Shown piece by piece: positions 1-13,076 of a stretch of DNA of 60,000 nt. The notes beneath the pieces are model-generated. The model searched no databases, was not told the DNA's origin, and saw only the letters and a list, made by a program, of their open reading frames with translations. Each line of letters begins with the position of its first letter. Position 1 is the stretch's first letter. Source of the stretch: Malacoraja senta (taxonomy: Eukaryota); assembly GCA_038087875.1 (NCBI GenBank), contig CM075993.1, positions 8,124,001-8,184,000 of the forward strand, written 5' to 3'. Made by a program: the position numbers and the translations under genes.

Positions 1-877
1 CGCGATGTATTTCTGAACTAAACTAATCTAAACAAAGCAGCACGTATAGGAAACATCACAAAATGTGGGCCACAATGTTTGAAAAGCTCTCCTTTGTTTT
101 ATGTTTGACTGAGGATGAACTGGCCAATTCCCAAACTTCTTCTGGCCTCAAGTTTAAGTTTACTGGATACAAATGGCATGCAGATAATCCCAGTGTATGG
201 CAGAATCATTCCTCATTAATACCATATCCAACACTCGTGCAGTGACATTAGTTATTCGAATCAGCAGCTAAACAAAGTTTCAATGAACATTTGAAGAAGG
301 GTCTCAACCAGAAACGTCACCTATTTCCTATTCTCCAGAGACGCTGCCTATCCCGCTGAGTTACTGCAGCTTTTTGTGTCTATCTTCGGTTTAAACCAGC
401 ATCTGCAGTTCCTTCCTGAACATGTGATGAAAACTGATTACATTTTCTTCAGAGGAATGAGGCTAAAATTCTTGTAAATAATTCTTGCAAATGCCCAAAG
501 CATTCAGAATTCCTCTGTTCCACCTGAGCAGGAAGAATACGTCAAGTGTCGCAGCTCGAAGAACCGCTTCCTCACAGGGCCAGAGACCCGGGTTTGATCC
601 AGACCTCGGGTGCTGCCTGTGTGGAGTTTGCACGTTCTCCCTGTGACCGTGTGGGTTTCCTCCGGGTGCTCCGGCTCCCTCCCACACCCCAAAGACGTGC
701 GGGTTTGCAAGTTAATTGGCCTTCTGTAAAATTTTCCCTGGTGTGCAAATGTTGGATAACATGGAACGAGTGTGAACGGGTGATTGATGGTCGGCATGGA
801 CTCGATGGGCCGAAGGGCCTATATTCATTCAGGTTTCTATCAATTAATCAAACAAACCGGTCCCATAAATAGTTCTA

Positions 878-975
878 AAGATAGACACAAAAGGCTGGAG
901 CAACTCAGCGGGACAGGCAGCATCTCTGGAGTGAAGGAATGGGTGACGTTTCGGGTCCAGACCCTTCTTCAGACT
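878..975 (-). mobile_element. Penelope pseudo-LTR fragment with hammerhead core (representative of more than 30 fragments in the window)
   Basis: Shared repeat gacacaaaa(t)gctggagtaactcagcggg..aggcagcatctctggag...gacgtttcgggtc.agacccttcttcagact. Confidence 0.75.
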
Positions 976-2609
976 GCTTCAAGTCCTTTCCTTCTTGGAC
1001 TCCCAGGCTAAATGATGACTTGCAGTCTAATGAAACAGGAAGTAATCTTCCGTGTGTCTTGCGGACAACACTAACCAAGTCTGCTGACCTAGTATTTCTG
1101 CAAAGCTCGTTTTCTTTGGTCTGTTTGCCACAACAACTTACACTTGACTAATGTGGCTGACCTTTGGAGCTGTTACAAAAGGACACGGCGTTCACTGGCA
1201 CAGCTTGTTAGTGAAATGTTATCATTAACTTTGGTGTAGTTTAGTTTAGTTTAGAGATGCAGCGCGGAAACAGGCCCTTCGGCCCACCGAGTCCACCCCG
1301 ACCAGCGACCCCCCCCCCCCACACACTTACACTATCCTACACTAGACTGGGGACAATTTATAATTATACCGGGCCAATTAACTTACAAACCTGTACGTCT
1401 TTGGGGTGTGGGAGGAAACCGGAGCACCTGGAGAAAACGCACGCGGTCTCAGTCCAGACAGCACCCGTAGTCAGGATCGAACCTGAGTCTCTGGCGCTGT
1501 GAGGCAGCAACTCTACCGCTGTGCCACCGTACGTGTGAGTGAAAATAAAACTATCACTTATTTTTTAAGTTTAATTTAGTTTGGTTTAGAGATACAGCAT
1601 TGAAGCAGCCCTCTCGGTTTACCCTGGCCATCGATCACCCGCTCACACAAGTTGTACGTTATTCCTCTTTTTTTGTAAAGCAGCATCTGCAGTTCCTTGT
1701 ATCTAAATACAACCTGGGTTTGGATAAAGCACAGCCTAGTGGTTTTGAGCAGTATTACTGAGACCGCCTCTGTAGCTTTGCTTTCAGTCTAGTTTAGTTT
1801 AGTTTAGTTTAGAGATACAACGCGGAAACAGGCCCTTCGGCCCACCCAGTCCACGCCAACCAGCGATCCCCACACATGAACAATATCCTACACACACTCG
1901 GGACAATTTTACATTGACTTTGGGCTGGTGCAGCTGACCATTGACTGAGCAAGACTGAGGGAAGCTGGTGGCCCTGAACGTCCAGTGGCAGGTGAGGCTG
2001 GGTCAGGCATCTACCTTCACTGCTCCTGACCCTCATCTGCGGCTTGTCCACTATTTCTGTTAGGATGAGCCATCCATTACATTTTCTCCCCTGCAAAATA
2101 TGCACAATATCAGCAGTTGGACATTTGTGTTTGGCACCAGAAAAGAAATTACCTTAAACGTTAGGACATAAAGTGCTGGAGTAACTCTGCGGGTCAGGCA
2201 GCATCTCTGGAGAACATGGATATGGGACATTTCGGGTCGAGACCCTTCTTCAGACCTTGAACTTTGTACTTAAAAGGCCAGTAATATCCACACTGAGAAT
2301 CTTTAGAGATTTAGACCAGAGATACAGCATGGAAACAGGCCCTTCGGCCCACCGACTCCATGCTAACCAGCGATCACCCCTGGACACCAGCACTAGGGAC
2401 GATTTACAGAAGCCAATTAACCTACAAACCCGGACACGTCTTTAGGATGTGGGAGGAAACCGGAGAAAACACCCACGGGCACATGGAGAACATGCAAACT
2501 CCGCACAGACAGCATCCGAGGCCGGGATCGAACCCGGGTCTCTGGCGCTGTGAGGCAGCAATTTCACCAGCTGCGCCCCTGTGCTACCCTGCTTCTCTCA
2601 AGCCTTTAT

Positions 2610-2900
2610 GGGTGGCACAGTGGCGCAGCTGGTAGAGCAGCTGCCTGACAGCAGCAGAGTCCCGGGTTCCATCCTGATCTCCGGTGCTGTCTGTGTGGAG
2701 TTTGCACGTTCTCCCTGTGGCTGCGTGGGTTTCCTCCCACATCCCAGGTGTGTAGTTTAATTGGTCTCAGTAAATTGCCCCTAGGGCGTGGGATACGAGG
2801 CATAACATGGAACTGGTGTGAACGGATGATCGATGGTTGCCATGGACTCGGTGGGCCGAAGGGCCTGTTTCCCTGCTGTATCTCTAAACTAAAACTAAAC
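2610..2900 (+). mobile_element. HE1-like tRNA-derived V-SINE (representative full-length copy)
   Basis: tRNA-like head with A/B boxes, V-domain gtggagtttgcacgttctccc, CR1-type 3' end with (taaac)n tail. Other copies at ~545-855, 1238-1530, 2310-2590, 3730-4047, 5320-5612, 17155-17455, 20105-20372, 23100-23387, 23690-24183, 25760-26193, 28410-28625, 29860-30160 and 57590-57860. Confidence 0.85.
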
Positions 2901-5900
2901 CCTTGCTTGGCATCAACCCCCCAATGAAAAAGGAGATGGGGAACTGTGACCTTGAAATAGAAGCTCTGCTTTAAAAAAACAACAAACCCTTCACCCTCAA
3001 AAAATTAAGTAGTTCTAGATTTGCCTATTGACGCTCTCATATATCCGCTCAGAAATAGAACAAAACCCTTCTGTGGACACTGAGGCATTCTTCATGAGCA
3101 ACTCATTGTCTGGCCAGGTCTTGCATCCGAGTCAGAAAGTTGTGTGTTCAGCAATAACCAGGTCCCCTTTCGCTCCGATCTTTCATTAGCTCAGATCTCA
3201 TCCAGTACGGCTCTTCCAATGATAAGGTCATACGTGATAGAAGCAGAATTAGGCCATTTGGCCCATCGTGTCTACTCCGCCATTCCATCACGGCTGAACT
3301 ATCTCTCCCTCCTAACCCCATTCTCCTGCCTTCTCCCCATAACCTCTGACACCTGTACTAATCAAGAATCTATCTGTCTCTGCCTTAAAAATATCCATTG
3401 ACGGCCTCCACAGTGTTCGGTGGCAAAGAATTCCACAGATTCACTACCCTCTGACTAAAGAAATTCCTCCTTATTTCCTTCCCAAAGGAACATCCTTTAA
3501 TTCTGAGGCTTTGACCTCAGGACCCAGACTCTCCCACTAGTGGAAACATCCTCTCCACAGTCTGAAGAAGGGTTTCGGACCGAAACGTTGCCTATTTCCT
3601 TTGCTCCATAGATGCTGCTGTACCTGCTGAGTTTTCCAGCACTTTTGTCTACCTTTGATTTTCCAGCATCTGCAGTTCCTTCTTAAACTCTCCAAATCCA
3701 TTCGATCCAGGCCTTTCACTATTCGGTAGGGGTGGCACGGTGGCACAGCAGCAGGGTTGCTGCCTTACAGCGCTTGCAGCACCGGCGATCCTGACTACGG
3801 GTGCTGTCTGTACGGAGTTTGCACGTTCACCCCGTGACTGTGTGGTTTTTCTCCGAGATCTTCAGTTTCCTCCCACACTCCAAAGACGTACAGGTGTGTA
3901 GGTTAATTGGCTTGGTGTATGTGTAAATTGTCTCTAGTGTGTGTAGGATAGTGTTAATTTGTGTGGATCGCTGGTCGGCACGGACTCGTTGGGCTGAAGG
4001 GCCTGTTTCTGTGCTGTATCTTGAAACTAAAACTAAAAACTAAAACTATATTTGGTAAGTAAGTGATGTTCTTCTGTAGAGTCATCACTGCTGTTGGAGA
4101 GAGGAAGGTGGCAACTATTCACTGCATCAAACAGCAAGAGGTAAGAATCGGCTCATCTACTTATTTTCCCCTCGGGTCTGTTGCTTAAGGGAAGAAAATT
4201 GGCGAGGGCCGACGTTACTCCACAGCACCCGTTATTGGAACTTTTATGCTCAAGTGGAACTTTGGTTCCAATTTGCTCCGGTCTTTTCTTACCTGCAGTT
4301 TATTTCCCACCTCCCACCTCCCACCTCCACCTCTTTCAGTCTGAAGAAGGGTTCTGACCTGAACATCACCTATTCTGTTTCTCCAGAGATGCTGCCTGAC
4401 CCGCTGAGTTACTCCAGCACTTTGTGTCTATTTTTAATGGCGGCCATCAGAAGACTCCAATGACACTGGGTTTGTTCATCTGGAGTATCTGTGTCTCTCT
4501 ACCTCTGAGATAAGAGGGACAGGGATTCGCAAATCCATACCCATAAGCAAATAATCCAGGATGGTGTCTGGTGCAGAAGTGTAGGCTGCTGCAGTGTCGG
4601 AGGTGCCAGCATTGAAAAGCCAAGTCAGTGGATATTTTTAAGGCAGAGATAGATAGATTCTTGATTAATACAGGTGTCAGAGGTTAGGGTGTTAGGGGAG
4701 ATAGATCAGCCATGATTGAATGGCAGAGTAGACTTGATGGGCCGAATGGCCTAATTCTACTCCTATTCCTTATGACCTTCTGAAAGTCATAAACAATCTG
4801 CAGGAGGAACTCAGCGGGTCAGGCAGCATCTGTGGAAGGCAGTGGACAGTAGATGTTCTGCGTTGTGACCCTTCACCTGAACCGGACGTTAAACTTTGAC
4901 CTGGCCTGCCCACTAGGGGCCACAGAAGATCACACAACACTATTCAAATGAGGGAAAAACGTAAAAATGCTGGAGTAACTCAGCGGATCAGGCAGGAGTT
5001 TTGGATAATCCTTTGTTCTCCCTATTTAATCCCCATTGATCTCCAGAGATGCTGCCTTACGCACCGAGTTACTCCAGCATTTTGAGTATTTCCCTCATTC
5101 GAATAGTGTGTGCACAGTGAGCATTCAAGGTCAAAGTTTAACATCCGATTCAGATGGAGGGTCCCATCCAGGAATGGCAAGTGGCTATTTTCTTCCACAG
5201 ATGCTGCCTGACCCGCTGAGTCCTCCAGCACTGTGTGTCTTCCGTTTATCAACCACCATCTGCAGTTCCTTGTTTCCACGATTCAGACCTGCTGGCCCCA
5301 GTCACACACATCATGGGCCTCACAGCAGCACAGCGGTAGAGTTGCTGCCTCACAGCGCCAGAGACTCGGGTTCGATCCTGACTCCGGGTGCTGTCTGTAC
5401 CATGTTTGTACGTTCTCCCTGTGACCACGCCGATTTTCTCCGGCTGATCCAGTTTCCTCCCACATTCCAAAGACGTGCAGGTTTGTAGGTTAATTGGCAT
5501 CTGTAAATTGTCCCTTGTGCGTCGGATAGAACGAATGAACGGGCGATCGCTGTTCAGCACGGACTCGGTGGGCCGAAGGGCCTGTTTCCACGCTGTATCT
5601 CTAAAATAAACTAGACATTATCTTCACCAGGTGGGAGGTTGCTGGGTGCACGTTGGCCCCTGATTTGGCACAATTGTGACCTTACAACGGGAAATATTTC
5701 ACTCGTTGCGTAACTCCAGGGGTGCTCGGAAACGGTGAACAACTCTGCTGAAGCTGTTGAATGCCGATAAAACTTTCAACTTGTGCTCTGTCCTGCAGGG
5801 AAGGGTTATAGACATAGACATAGGAAATAGGTGCAGGAGGAGGCCATTCGGCCCTTCGAGCCGGCACCGCCATTCATTGTGATCATGGCTGATCATCCCC

Positions 5901-8900
5901 AATCAATAACCCGTGCTTGGATTCTGCTTGGGTTGGGATTCTGATCAGCCCCAATGGAAACTACAATCAGCTCTGTTCTCCAGTCTGCCGCAGAATACTT
6001 AACCCTTTCATTCAGCAATTCAATCACAAACCTATCCTCAACTGATGGTAAATTGAAAATGGCCAACTCATGATATGATACGTCACTGAGCTCACTCTGT
6101 TTAATATTGACAGGAAAAGTAATTCATTTATAATTTTAAAGACAAATTTTATACATAGCCAAGCAAGTCATTACTTTGTAATTTAAAGCACAGAAACAGA
6201 ACTTCTGTATGTGCGGGAATATGAACACATGAGCATCATTTTATGCCTCCTCGAATAACCTTCTAAACATGACTTTGCTTCCTCATTTATTTATCCAGCT
6301 GCCGCATTAAAAATAAATCTACGCTGTTCTTAACTGGTTCCTGCAGTGGCAAATTTGTTGAATAAGAAACAAAACTGGGAGTAGGCCATTCGGCCCTTCG
6401 TGAGTGTTCTATCATGATTGCTCTTACACTTTTCTGCACATTTAGAGTCATACAGCGTGGAAACAGGCCCTTCGGCCGAACTTGCCCACACCGGCCAACA
6501 TGTACTACCTGCACTAGTCCCACCTGCCCGCGTTTGGTCCATATCCCTCTAAACCTGTCCTATCCATGTACCTGTCGAACTGTTTCGTAAACTGCACGAA
6601 CCTCACAACCCTGCCTACCTTTAAAATCTAAAGCTGGAAAGAGTGCCGAGAAGATTTGCAAGGATGTTGCCAAGGCTCGGGGGACTCGGCTACAGGGTTG
6701 GGCAGGCCAGGACTTTGTTGCTTGGAACGCAGGAGGCTGAGGGGTGATCTTATAGAGGTAGGTACGATCATGAGGCGAATGCAGAGTCTTTGACCCATGG
6801 TAGGGGGATTAAAACCAACAGGTCATATGTTTAAAGTGAGAGGGGCAAGATTTAACACAAACCTGAGCGGCAACTTTTTCACTCAGAGCGTGGTGGGTAT
6901 ATGGAACAAGCTGCCAGATGAGGTAGTTGAGGCAGGGGCTATTGGGGCATTTAAAGGATGCTTGGACAGATACATGGATAGGAAAGGTTTAGATGGAATG
7001 TGTAGAAAGGAACTGCAGATGCTGGTTTACACGGAAGAAAGACACAAAATGCTGGAGTAACTCAGCTGGTCAGGCAGCATCTCTGGTGAAAAGGAGTGGG
7101 TGATGTTTCGGGTTGAAACTCTTCTTCAGACTGGGGTTCCGACCCGAAACGTCACCTATTCCTTTTCCCCAGAAATGCCGCCTGACCAGCTGAGTTACTC
7201 CAGCATTTTGTGTCTATCCAAGGTTCAGTGGGATATGGGCCAAATATGGGACTTCCTTAGACGAGGCACCTTGGTTGGCATTGGCACGTTGGGTGGAAGG
7301 CCTGTTTCCCGTGCTGCGTGACTCTGTCACTCTTGAATTCACTGAGAGAGGGAGTCTCACAGTCCTGTCGCGCAGTGAATTCCCAACATTCACCACGCCC
7401 TGACTGAGGAAATGTCTTCGTATCCCAGACCCCAGTGGCTGGTCTGTATTTTACAACTCTCGCCCCAACTTTGGATTTCTTTTTCTTGCTTCTGTCCTTA
7501 CTTTTCTCTCTTACTTTCCTTCAATGGAAATTTACTAATCCAAATAATATATTGGATTATATTATATAACCAAAAGACCACCTGCCATGAATCCAACTCC
7601 ACCCCCAGGACAGAGCCAGCCTTCCTGATGAGTTTGTTGATCCTATTGGCGTCCGCGCCCTTCGCCCTGCTGCCCCAGCACACAGCAGCAAAGAAGATGG
7701 CACTGGCTACCACCGATTGATAGAACATCTGTAGCATCTTACTGCAGATGTTGAAAGAGCCTTCTCAAACAGTTCAGCCAGCTCTGTCCCTTCTTGTCCA
7801 GGGCCTCAGCGTTCCAGGACCAGTCCAGTTTACTGCGCAGGTACACTCCAAGGTATTTGTACCCCCTTGGTAAACTGCACGACCACACCATTGATGGAGA
7901 CAGTGGACAGGGGTGTTCCCCTCCTCCTAAAGTCCACCACTAACCACTTAGTCTCGTCGGTGTTGAGTTGCAGGTGATTCAGCCCACACCACTCAACAAA
8001 GTTGTTGACACCACTCAACAAAGATCTAGTTCATTAATAACACGGTTTATACAGCAATTGGAATCCATGGGGTACAGACAGAGAGAGACACGACATTAGC
8101 TCCAGTGTAGAATACTGAGGCCAATTGTGGGCTGCACACTTCAGGGAGGGCAAGGAGGAAATTGGTTGGGACCATTCTAGGGGAGCTGAATTACTGCTCC
8201 TGAGAAAAACTGCAGACAAGATATTAAAGATACAAGGCAAAGATGACTAACGAGAGAAGTTGCAAAGCAGTCTTAATTGAGTTTAGTTTAGATTATTGTC
8301 ACATGTACCGAGGTAGAGTGAAACATAAACAGCCTAGATCTATTACAGAGGGGTTTTTTAATGGGGAAAGTCATGAGGAATTGTGAGACGTGTTCAAATA
8401 CAATAAAAATAATCTGTTTCAAAGCTTCTGTGGACAATGGCGGGGGGGGGGGGGGGGGGGGGGTTGGTTTAAAATGATTAGTAAAAGAACCAGAACCAGG
8501 GGCCACAGTCTTAGAATAAAGGGGAGGCCATTTAAGACTGAGGTGAGAAAAACTTTTTCACCCAGAGAGTTGTGAATTTGTGGAATTCCCTGCCACAGAG
8601 GGCAGTGGAGGCCAAGTCACTGGATGGATTTAAGAGAGAGTTAGATAGAGCTCTAGGGCCTAGTGGAATCAAGGATATGGGGAGAAGGCAGGCACGGGTT
8701 ATTGATAGGGGACGATCAGCCATGATCGCAATGAATGGCGGTGCTGGCTCGAAGGGCCGAATGGCCTCCTCCTGCACTTATTTTCTATGTTTCTATTTAC
8801 AGTGTAGATACATGATAAAGGAATAACGTTTAGTGCAAGGTAAAGCCAGCACAGTCTGATCAAGGATAGTCCGAGGGTCATCAAAGAGGTAGATAGTAGT

Positions 8901-9829
8901 TCAGCGCTGCTCTCTGGTTGTGGTAGGATGATTCAGTTGCCTGATAACAGCTGGGAATGAAACTGTCCCTGATCTGGAGGTGTGCGTTTTCACACTTCTA
9001 TACCTTTTACCCAATGGGAGAGTGGAGAAGAGGGAGTAGCCAGGGTGCAACTCGTCGGAACTGCAGATGCTGGAATCTTGTGGAAAGTACAAAGTGCTGG
9101 AGGAACTCACCTGCTCAGGCAGCATCTGTAGACGACATAGACAGGCGATGTTTCTTGTCCCACCTGAAATGTTGCCCATCCCTGTGGAGAGGATGTTTCC
9201 ACTAGTGGGAGAGTCTAGGACTAGAAGTCACAGCCTCAGAATTAAAGGACGTTGCTTTAGGAATGAGTTGAGGAGGCATTTTCTTAGTCAGAGGGTGGTG
9301 AATCTGTGGAATCCTTTGCCACAGAAGACTGTGGAGGCGGGTCAATGGATAGTTTGAAGGCAGAGAACAGAGATAGATTCTTGATTAGTACGGGTGTCAG
9401 GGATTATGGGGAGAAGGCAGGAGAATGGGGTTAGGAGGGATCAGCCATGATTGAATGGTGGAGTAAACTTGATGGGTTGAATGGCCTTATTCTGCTATCA
9501 CATGACATAATTCATTCACATTTGTGTATCAGCAGCGGGTCTGATGAAAAGCTGTGGCATTCATTTGCGAAACCACCCCAGTGTCAGCAGGCAGCCTGGC
9601 GTTGCAGTGTGGATAAACACAAAATGCTGGAGTAACTCAGCGGGACAGGCAGCATCTCTGGATAGAAGGAATGGGTGACTTTTCGGATCAAGACCATCGT
9701 TCAGACTGAGGGGAGTGTGGATCAGGTCGGGTCAAGGCTCTGCCCCAGTTCAGCTCCCTCCATGTTTCTCCTCACCCTCTTTCTCTGCTGAACTTCTCAA
9801 CTGTGCAAGATTGTTGTCATGGTAATACC

Positions 9830-10480
9830 ACCGTGTGGCGTCATAAATGGCTACCTCGCCACAGTCTGTCTGCCCCTTCCTTCATTTGTTGTTTGTTTGT
9901 ATGTGTTAAATGTATGTTTTTAGTGTTCTTTAGCTTGTTTTATGTGGGGGGTGGGGAGTTGGGGGAAACTTTTTCTAATCTCTTACCTCGACGGAGATGC
10001 GTTTTTTTTCCCCGTATCGTAAATCCGTCCGCACTGCGGCCTAACATTGAGGAGTTGGCGGCCTCTGCTGTAGACTGGTTTAAGAGCTCCACCGCGGGTG
10101 CCTGCGGACTTTAACATCACGGAGCTCGCATCTCTGGTCAAGAGACCGACTTCGGGAACTCCAAGCCACAGGGGCTTTGACTACCCCGAAGCGGGACCTA
10201 CGACTGCCCCGACATGGAGGCTTCGACCGCCAGCTGCGGGAGCTTCAATCGCCCCGACTGCGGATGGTTCGACTGCCCCGAGAATAAAAGAAGAAGTTGA
10301 TTGGACTTTATTGCCTTCCGTCACCGTGAGGAACGCGGGGAATCTGCTGTGGTGGATGTTTATGTTAACTTTTATGTAGTTGTGAGTTTTATTGCTTTGT
10401 TTTTAGTATGGCTGTATGGTAATTTGAATTTCCCTGCACCTTAATCGGTGCATGTGACAATACACTGACCTTGAAACCTC
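9830..10480 (+). mobile_element. Unclassified SINE-like retroposon with a Rex/L2-type 3' tail
   Basis: GC-rich body with internal ~22-bp cgactgccccga repeats; core shared with 29215-29390, 48560-49145 and 51400-51690 (-); tail aatttc..tgcacc..ggtgcatgtgacaata. Confidence 0.6.
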
Positions 10481-10721
10481 GAAATAAAAAGAGGCGTTGG
10501 CCCAACCTGTTGTGCACATGCACGCCCAATACAATTACTTCCACAAACTTAGTATTTCAGAGCGCAACCATCATCTTTGTCTTCTGACTCCAAGAAAGGA
10601 TTGGAGACCAGGAGAGTGCCCGCGGGCCCGCACGCACACACAGACACGCACAGGCATACAGACACACACGTCCACACACACGCAATGCAGTCCACTAGGG
10701 CAGACAATGAGAACGGTTTGA

Positions 10722-10727
10722 TTTATT
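10722..10727 (-). terminator. Candidate SNUPN polyadenylation signal (AATAAA)
   Basis: AATAAA on the - strand ~1 kb past the stop codon, followed by a GT-rich tract; the intervening sequence is non-repetitive and 3'UTR-like. Confidence 0.55.
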
Positions 10728-11758
10728 AAAAAGCAGGTCACAAGACCGGTAGGCAGCACATTCAATCATCTTTAGTATATCACAAAGCTATAAATCAAGC
10801 GTTAAAAAGCGTTAGCCTGGGAGAGAAATGCACAAAATAAAACAGGCTTTCCATTGAGGTGAGCTTTCACATATTTACAAAGGTATTTCAAGGAGAGAAG
10901 TTACGCGTCAAATTCAACAAGTCACTGGGAGCAAATATCCCTTGGCAATGCCAGTGAGCCTTTGAGTTCATCGCTAACTGAGGGAGCGGCCGGGAGACTA
11001 AAGAGGGACAGTAGACACTGCTGGAGGGACTGCAGCTACATTTAATGATCACTAACAACTGGTAAAGCTTCAAACATGCGGGTGGAGCCCAGGTAGCCAA
11101 AGATTAAATTTGAACCTTCAGCTTAAAATGATTACAGAATTGACCTAGGTTCCAATAGTGGGATGTGTGCAAGATCATGCTAATACAATGCCCTATAGGT
11201 GGTGACTCTTTGCATACCTTGTGTATGATATGTAAAACAAAGAATCTCAATGTAACATGTCACGTGATAATAAAGTATCTATCTATCTACTTCACACTCC
11301 CAAGTCAGACTTACCAATATTCTTATGTAATTAACTCAATTAATAAAAACACACACTGCTACCAATTCCCCCCCTGCTGCGTAAAAACAGACAACTACAG
11401 AATTCAAGGCTCTTGGGAAAGTGTCCACTTGGTACAAACACGTACTGGCACAAATATGATGTTCTCAAGTGCCCTGTCCAGTGACTGTCCTTGGATTCCC
11501 AGTGAGTTTAAACTCTGCTTCCCCTCTTACAAAGAAGAGCCCTCCATATTTATACAGAAGCAGCAGCAGCAACAGCTCGAGATTCTCCAGACCCTCGAGG
11601 CTACTTTCAGTCACGGTCAGAGGCCCCAGCCAGTTCCTCCCAACAATCCTCATTCAATCGAAACCCCGGGTGAAGGAGAACTCTCGTTGCAAGCAGCTCC
11701 ACAATATAAACACAGAGGCTTCGAGGGGAGGGAACCCTGCCTGCCACAGACAGGGCAC

Positions 11759-12088
11759 TTAGCTTTCACTTTTGCTTGTACTTTCCATCTTGGTGGGAGT
11801 GCTCTTGGTCTTTCCGGGGGTGGAGAGATGTTCCAGCTCGTAGCGGCCGGGTCTCGGCGACCCCTTCGTGCCCACGTTGTCACCGTCCTGCCCCCCGGCC
11901 TTGTTTTTCTTCAGCTCGATGATCTGCAGCATCTGAGAGTTGGCGTAGTCGGGTTTCGAGGTCAGAGGGCCAGCCGGGACGGACATCCCCAGAATGTCAC
12001 CCACCATGTAGGGCTTCAGCCAGCCCACCAGCGGCGTGCTCCCTGGGGTGTAGTGTGTCCGGCTGTGGTAGAACAACAGGCCATCCAC
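11759..12088 (-). CDS. SNUPN: Snurportin-1 last coding exon
   Basis: [34 protein letters not shown]...[12 protein letters not shown]...YELEHLSTP...SES*; acceptor ctgtag. Confidence 0.96.
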   Translation of the reverse strand: MDGLLFYHSRTHYTPGSTPLVGWLKPYMVGDILGMSVPAGPLTSKPDYANSQMLQIIELKKNKAGGQDGDNVGTKGSPRPGRYELEHLSTPGKTKSTPTKMESTSKSES

Positions 12089-12604
12089 CTACAGGAAGGA
12101 GCGAAGCAAAACACAAAGAGCTGGAAGAACTTAGCGGGTCAGGCAGCATCTGCGGAAGGAATGGGCAGTCAACGTTTCGAGTCGGGAATATTTAAAAAGT
12201 TCACCGCCATTAGAAGCAGGAGGAACTCAGCATTTTAGATCCCCTCTCATCCTTCTAAATTCCAGTGAACACAAGCCCAGTCGACCCATTCTTTCATCAT
12301 ATGTCAGTCCCGCCATCCCTGGAATTAACCTGGTGAACCTACGTTGCACTCCCTCAGTTTATAAGGTTTATCAGAATATTAGATTTGCAACTTCATGTTG
12401 CAGGCTTACAACGCATTGGTTAAGATAGAGTTGGAATATGATGTGCAATTGTGGTCTCCACACTTTAGGAGGGATGTGCCTGCAATGTAGGGGGTGCAAA
12501 GGAGATTCACCAGCGTGTGACTTGGATCGGTGGGATTTAGTTATGGGAGACGTTACACAGGCTGGGTTTGTTTTCCCTGGAGTGATGGAGGCTGAGGAGT
12601 GACA

Positions 12605-12967
12605 ATGAACGGGGCGGAGTAACGACGAACCTAGAGTAACACTGATGTCGGCAGAGTAATAATGGCGCTAATGGAGTAAGAGCGGGGTAACAATGGCAGA
12701 GTAACAGCCATTGTACCAACGATGAAAGTGGAGTAACAATGATGCCAGTAGAGTAATAATGATGCTAATGGAGTGGGGGGGGGGGGGTTTCCAATGATGC
12801 TGATGGAGTAACAATGACTTCAGCAGGGTAATAATTATGCTAATAGGGTAAGAGCAGGGTAACAACGGCTCCCATGGGCAGAGTAACAGTGGAGTACCAA
12901 TGATGGTGGTTGAGTACCAATGACGCCGGTTGAGTAACAATGACGCAGGCAGAGTATTCATGGGGTA
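12605..12967. repeat. Degenerate ~20-bp minisatellite (GAGTAACAATGATGC...)
   Basis: About 20 imperfect GAGTAA(C/T)AATG-cored units. Confidence 0.75.
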
Positions 12968-12995
12968 TCAACGAAACAGACGGGACTATGGTTAC

Positions 12996-13076
12996 CTCAA
13001 AAGGATAATCGGCAGCCAACGCCTGACAAATTGCTTCTGGTGTGCACGGCACATTGGACAATCCCACAAACTTGAA
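12996..13076 (-). CDS. SNUPN: Snurportin-1 penultimate coding exon
   Basis: [27 protein letters not shown], 81 nt, cag/gtaacc boundaries. Confidence 0.95.

Noticed and set aside
1005..1092. Possible C/D-box snoRNA (ATGATGA...CTGA)
   Set aside because: The terminal stem is weak, and there is no identifiable guide sequence or host gene
2610..2690. tRNA-like heads
   Set aside because: These are SINE heads followed by the V-domain, not functional tRNA genes
440..5792. Exon-like AG/GT segments at 5686-5792 (-), 2015-2090 (-), ~441-520 (-) and 4080-4140 (+)
   Set aside because: They do not join into a consistent ORF and I recognise no protein; they could be lncRNA or UTR exons, but sequence alone does not support that
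11165..12238. 357-aa + strand ORF, the longest in the window
   Set aside because: It is antisense to the SNUPN last exon and 3'UTR and runs into a repeat; no recognisable protein
12605..12967. CRISPR-like repeat array
   Set aside because: Vertebrate intron, degenerate units without unique spacers, and no cas genes
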